Positions 58,301-64,000 of a DNA stretch of 64,000 bases are shown piece after piece; within the stretch, counting starts at the first letter, position 1, and every line of letters starts with the position of its first letter. Both the position numbers and the translations under genes were made by a program. Below the pieces are notes generated by a model. That model was not told the origin of the DNA, ran no database searches, and saw nothing but the letters and a program-made list of their open reading frames with translations. This DNA is from Antedon mediterranea (lineage: Eukaryota; Animalia; Echinodermata). The DNA lies in the NCBI RefSeq assembly GCF_964355755.1, contig NC_092670.1:4206201-4270200 (forward strand), in the 5' to 3' direction.

Positions 58301-58556
58301 GATAAAAAGGTTGAAATCATCATATTGAAAACCTCTTCCAGTAACATATTTTTAACACATCTTTGTATCTATTGTAGGTGCTTAATAGGTTATGGGCAAG
58401 TATGTGGAGGCAACTCAAGTTTAAGTATTTATTCTGTCAATGGACCGTTTATCCGTGATATTAATATTAACAGTGAGCATACATTAGTTCAAGAAAATAC
58501 TCAAGTTTACATTCAAGCTCAAGCATTGTTTGCTGATAACCTAGACAGTCTTACAG
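52335..58556 (+). CDS. 5' exons of a signal-peptide plus WSC-domain protein (possibly polycystin-1/REJ-like); exons 52335-52413, 57365-57479, 57619-57717, 58378-58556, continuing beyond the window
   Basis: Signal peptide MYIQMASIRLMLFSWILVLCFIKSCFG joins in frame to WYMGCY...CSSLCYSEGFLYAAVSNGAECKC...CSIRCLIGYGQVCGGNSSLSIY, the 8-Cys WSC pattern. Confidence 0.8.
53812..54072. repeat. Local direct duplication of about 120-135 bp
   Basis: TTCTGAATACAAT...ATTTATAAAATGTATACAACCT...AATAAAAATGCGACCGGTTAA occurs twice. Confidence 0.85.
56691..56844. mobile_element. MITE family B, full-length copy
   Basis: TAA-AGCCCTGTCTACACTAT...ATAGTGTAGACAGAGCT-TAA. Confidence 0.85.
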
Positions 58557-58645
58557 GTGAGAATTGATTGAATTAAAATAAAATCCCTAATAACACAAGG
58601 GATATATACATATTATATAGGTAATGTGCAGGTGTTTAGTAGGTA

Positions 58646-58807
58646 CAGTGGTGTAAAGCAGAGCCTTGAGGTCCCTGGTTTAGTTTTTAGCCTTTTTCGA
58701 CATATTTTGTTGCCTGTTTTTTCCTCTAGACACTTCTCAGGGGTCCCCATAAGCTCTGGGCCCCTGGGTTTAGCCAGTCAGCTGCGCTCATAGCCGTTAC
58801 ACCACTG
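58646..58807. mobile_element. Small hAT-like MITE (related partial inverted copy at about 27321-27400)
   Basis: TIR CAGTGGTGTAA / TTACACCACTG; GGGCCCC-rich subterminal sequence shared with 27321-27390; no clear 8-bp TSD. Confidence 0.55.
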
Positions 58808-61800
58808 GTTCCATCCCCAAAATCCTGTTTTGATGGTTGGCATTCTCTAAAGTTTAGGAAATCTTGTTACTAGGCTTGCAGGCTCGTCGGAGATCCACCC
58901 ATGATATACTACTATAATTTTTTTCCACACCCTGTGCATTATATGCCCACATGTTCCAAGTGACAAAAGCTGTTTAAGCACATGTGATTCTTCATGGACT
59001 TTCAATAACCCTAATATTATATTGTGTACATTATATGATGACACATGCATGTTAATGTTTTCTATTGTTTTGGAATGTACAACATTAAACATACTAGGCC
59101 TACAGTATATAAATTAGTTAATAATTAAGTCTTACTAATATTATGATTAATGTAACATCAAAAATAAATTATTTATTTCAACTATACGATTTAGAAAAAG
59201 CATACACAAAAAATGAAGCATATAAAATGAAATAAACACAGTTAAAAAATATAGTTTATAGACTTGTGTAATTGAAGATTTCCTATTAAATGTCCTTGTA
59301 ATTGATTGTTACACCTGTTTCTGATGGCTTATCAAGCTCTTGGACATTGGATTAATTCAAGATCAAATGTTGACCTACCCCAACTGTATCAATATTTAAT
59401 AGTATTACTTATAAATGGTAAACCATGGAGACTGTAAGGTTACATAAAATGGAATACTTTGTTGCATTGACTTTATATATTTACATATCTTTGTTTTTGT
59501 TCTATGAGCTGTTAAATTAAGATTTTTTTTTTCTCTCTTTTGCTATGGATATAATATTATGTCACCATGATATTCCGAATAAAAAGATAAATGCATGTAA
59601 TGTTACAAGAATACTATTCTATACTCTTCTTTTTAACTTGGCACCTAGTACCGTAACTTAGTATTGCCAGATAATATACCCACATACAAAACTAGAGCTC
59701 TAAAAAAAGTAAGAAAATACCAGACCTGTTGGAAGACCAGAGAAAATATGCAGTAAAATGGGGAAAAAAATATACAGGTTCACAGAGACATACCCAACCC
59801 AGGAATTTTTTTAAGTGTGTTATAAATGTACAGTACAATGTTTGTATGATGAGTGCAGTAATCAGATAATTCAATTCAATTCAGTTTTCATAGCCTATGC
59901 CCTTCATACCAATGGTGAAGACAAGAAGTGCCCCTTTAATGATAAGCTTTGCCCTTTCAGAGGAATTAATTACCCTGGAATTGGTAGCTGATAGGTATCT
60001 TTAAATCTACAACTCCATTCCACAGTAAACGTACTGAGAACTTTTATTAATTACAGCATAGATATCAATAAAATGATGGCATGTGCTATTTTTCACAATC
60101 TGTTGTTTTGTAACTGCTACAACCGCACATGTGGAGATAAAACTGTGTACCAAACTTGAGTTACTTTCCATAAACACATTTTCCAATCAAACGGCACCAA
60201 ATCTCTTTATTTTTTACAGAATTTAGCTACACAATTACAACTTAAAAGGTGGAGTCCATGTTATCTTATAATGATTCTATATACAGTAGTACAAAGCAGT
60301 ACAAATATTTACTGCGCAGTAAAAGTATACATGAATGTCTCCCTCTATAGACATCTGTAAAAGACATGTCTTGAATATAGAGCAATTAAAATATAAAAGT
60401 TTGCACAAAATCTAAGCTAAAAATAGCCCTACATGGTGGGCATGAAACAATGAACAACCATGCCGAGGGCAACATTTTTTCAAATCCACACATTTTTCTA
60501 TAAATGTTGAGAAAAATTCACACTTTTATAAAATCAGATATGTACAGTACAATGATAGATTATTTCGTGGTTACGAATTATTTTGTAAAAAAAATGATAA
60601 CATGTTTTAAAAATTATGATTCTTTCCTATCTTGTGTGTATTTATTGTACTTTTTTTTAACTTAGATATTTATATTTTATAGGAACTTGATTTAGATTTA
60701 GATTATCGAAATAGATTGTCTACTGTATCTTGGTGATATCCTATTCAACATAAAATAACCTTTAATTTGATACCAAAATTAATAACTTGTTTGATTAGAA
60801 AAAAAAAATTCCCTTTTTCACTAATCTCAAAAAGAAACCCATCTTGAAATAAAGCTGCCTGGTTTTCTTTTCAAGATAATACTAGGCTTCCAATCCTGTA
60901 GGAAACAATTTTAAAGTGGGAGGGCCATCTAACGATTTTTTTTATAGATGGGGTACGTAAGAGAGTTTTGGCCTGTGGAGCCAGCAACTTTGGGAAGGGA
61001 GCCAGCAACTTTGGGAAGGGAGCCAGGGGCCGCAAGGAAACCTGGCATTCTATAGCAATTGAGAATGATGGGTTTTAACGGGCACATAATACGTTGAGGC
61101 GAGAATAAAATGAACCACTCACTGATTTAAACGGTTATTTAGGAACAAAAATTTTGCAGAAATGTGGTCGATATAAAAATTATATTTTAAATCTATTTTG
61201 AAATAAATGGTTTAATTTTGGCACTATGCAACAGAAACAGACCCAAAGACTTACAGTAGGATTATTATTACATGGGTTTCACAGCTTATCGATACTGTAT
61301 GGAATGACTAAAGTTTTTGCATCATCCAGGTTTAATAAGCTGCCATGTTAGATTTTAAATATCAAAATATTCAAAAAATGTCAACCTCTCTATGACTGTG
61401 TATGGAATTTTGTCTATTGAGTATTGAAATGATAGTTGATATGTTAGCTGTGTACACAGAACACCTCATCTATAGGGTCATTATCAATAATTATCATTAC
61501 CTTGAACTTGATGGGCTGTAAGGCAGGTGTCTTCTTCATTCTAACTTCAAAGTAACCTTTGTAAGACCACCTAATGCTGGATACAATCTATTAGATGCAT
61601 GCTTTTGAATATCTGCTTTAATAAGTTCCATTAAAATACCTAGTCTGTATTAAATATATGTTATGTACTGTAAGGCTAGATTTTAGCAAATTACGAAAAA
61701 AAACTGAATAGGCTCTTTTGAAAGTTGGTACATACATTTATGGCAAACAAAAATGATTGTCCTTTTCTTTTTTTTTTTATTATTTATTACCAAAAAAAAA

Positions 61801-64000
61801 TCAAATCTGTCTTGATTCAATGCTACAGTAGCATGCTAAAGTTTGTGGGGAAAAAGAAATACACAATTCCTTACAGATTTTTAATGTCAACTGTAATGTA
61901 TAATGTATGTCTTTTAAATGTTTTACAATCTTGAATTTGAACCTGTGTATAACCTTGGCTTAAATGTCAAAGTCAAATTTGTTTCACAGTGTACAACAAA
62001 TAATGCAGTTTACTGTAGACTGCGTTCACACGTAGTGTACACTACAGCCAGCATGAGATTGGCGTGACAACGCAAGGGGTAAAGTAATCGACAGATTAAA
62101 ATACTAAGGTGTTCACACATAATATGTCGTTTCTTCACAGAAGTCCAAGTTTCTTAAGTACAGTATTTGCAGTGGTTGATTTCCAAATCCTGCGTTCACA
62201 GCTTTGCCAAATGACACTACAGTATGCTTTTGGCTATTATTACACTTTCTTACGATTATTTATGATTTCTTAATACGTCAGAGTAGGGCAAAACATCTGA
62301 CCAATTACTCAATACAATGACGCAAAGCTACTCCACATTAGTTACAAAATTACAAACTGCCTTTCCTCTGGTGAAGGTAGGCACTGGACAAGAGAAGCCC
62401 ATGATTAATGTTAGGACCAATCAAGGTGCTTTAAACAGTCCTGGCTTTGTATCAATCCTGTTAGTGGCGGTAATGTTGGTTTTGATTGAATAAAATAAAA
62501 AAAAAAACTTTTATTTCATCCTAAAATTTTAATTTGCTTTCTAATCGAAGTGCAGAGAGCATCAAATTTATAATACTATACTATACAATTTTTCAAGCAA
62601 TGCTGGAGGCTTTAATTAAGATGGGTAGCTGTCGTACATAACTCCAAAGAGGTGCAGGCAAAGGCGTAGGTTATGTAAGGTCTACGCCAGCCTTATTAAT
62701 TTAATATACCCCATGGTTTACTTTTTTGCATCTGTGGTGTTTTTGTGATGATAAAAATTGCATCAGGGGGATTAACCTTTTTAGGGAAGGCTTCTGTTTT
62801 AACTAGACCATGCAGATTAAGATTATGATGGTCAGAATACGGCCAGCACTTTTCATCCTGCACTATATCGATTTGATTTATTAACTTGAAATATCAGAGT
62901 ATATAATGGTACAGATGGATATGCAGTATAGCAATAATTATTTAAATCAAATATATTACTGTATATTATATCATGTCATTAAATAACAGAGGTTATTGGT
63001 AACACATGTTTCAATTTGGTCTCTTTATACTTGAACCATTGAAAACATCAATAACTGGATTAACTTTGTTCCCAAAAGTATTACATGTACAGCCCAGAAG
63101 ACTTGACAGTTTTATGGTTCAAATACAATTGTTCTCTTCCCTTTCTTGCAAGAATACTTTTCAGTAGTCAGTCCTTTGACCTGCTCAAGTGAACCAGTAT
63201 AAAAAGATATTTTTGGTTTACTTGTTTAATTAAAGCCATACTTGTTATTTTTTTGTTTGAATTATATATTTGTTCCTTTTCAATTAATGTTTAATTTCCA
63301 AATGTGTTAAATTGCTGTTGTAAAAGTTTAAATTCTGCCATTTCTCAAATCAATAAACAGCTAGATGTATGTATATAATATAAGTACAATTTTGCAATAG
63401 GAGTTTATATAAGGAGAATATAATAATGATAATCACACTAAGGGGTTAACTCCCAATCTACTCCGCAGAAAATGAGTACCTTGTTGAGAAATACTAGGGA
63501 GGATCAGGCTACCCACCCTAAAACATTCCAAGGCTTAGTACAATTTGCTCATAACAGCTAATTTCCCTATGTTCAGAATGAATTTAGGACTCGCCTATAA
63601 GTAAGCCTACAGTAACATAGTAACATAGTTTTAAGAAAAAAATATGTTATTATCTACAAATATATAGGCCTGGAGACCGGAGATTCTTAGTGAGTTTAGA
63701 AAAGTACTTTTTATCATTTATTTCACACCAAGTTAAAGTGCCTGGACATGGAATTCTTTGAGGTAGTCATGGGAATATTATTGCTTTTATTGTTTCAACC
63801 AAAATACATGAAATTCACAAACAGAAAAACAAATTCCAAAGTTAATTTTTTTTTGTAGGAAATCCAATCATAAAATGTATCCCAGAAGAAATGATCAGGT
63901 TTATTCAATACCCCACTATTAGTTTTCTGTCATTTCATCATAATGTTCAATTTATACAAATTAATTCTGATTGCTACCACAGGCAGCAACATTTAGGGTT

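Overview
AT-rich, intron-containing animal genomic DNA; an invertebrate deuterostome such as an echinoderm is a guess from gene content. Gene order: the 5' part of an iterative type I polyketide synthase (minus strand, KS-AT-DH, runs off the left edge), divergent from a compact patched-domain/RND-fold membrane protein (PTCHD3-like, plus); a CCDC60-like gene (plus); RPS8 (minus), hosting three SNORD46/U46-like box C/D snoRNAs and head-to-head with TUBGCP5 (plus); and the 5' exons of a secreted or membrane WSC-domain protein (plus, continues past the right edge). Introns and spacers carry several MITE families, tRNA-derived SINEs, a LINE remnant, Penelope-like fragments with a hammerhead-like motif, and minisatellites. 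The most notable feature is the PKS plus PTCHD3-like transporter pair, a candidate animal synthase-exporter gene cluster. Exon models were assembled by hand from splice sites and reading frame; no database searches were run.
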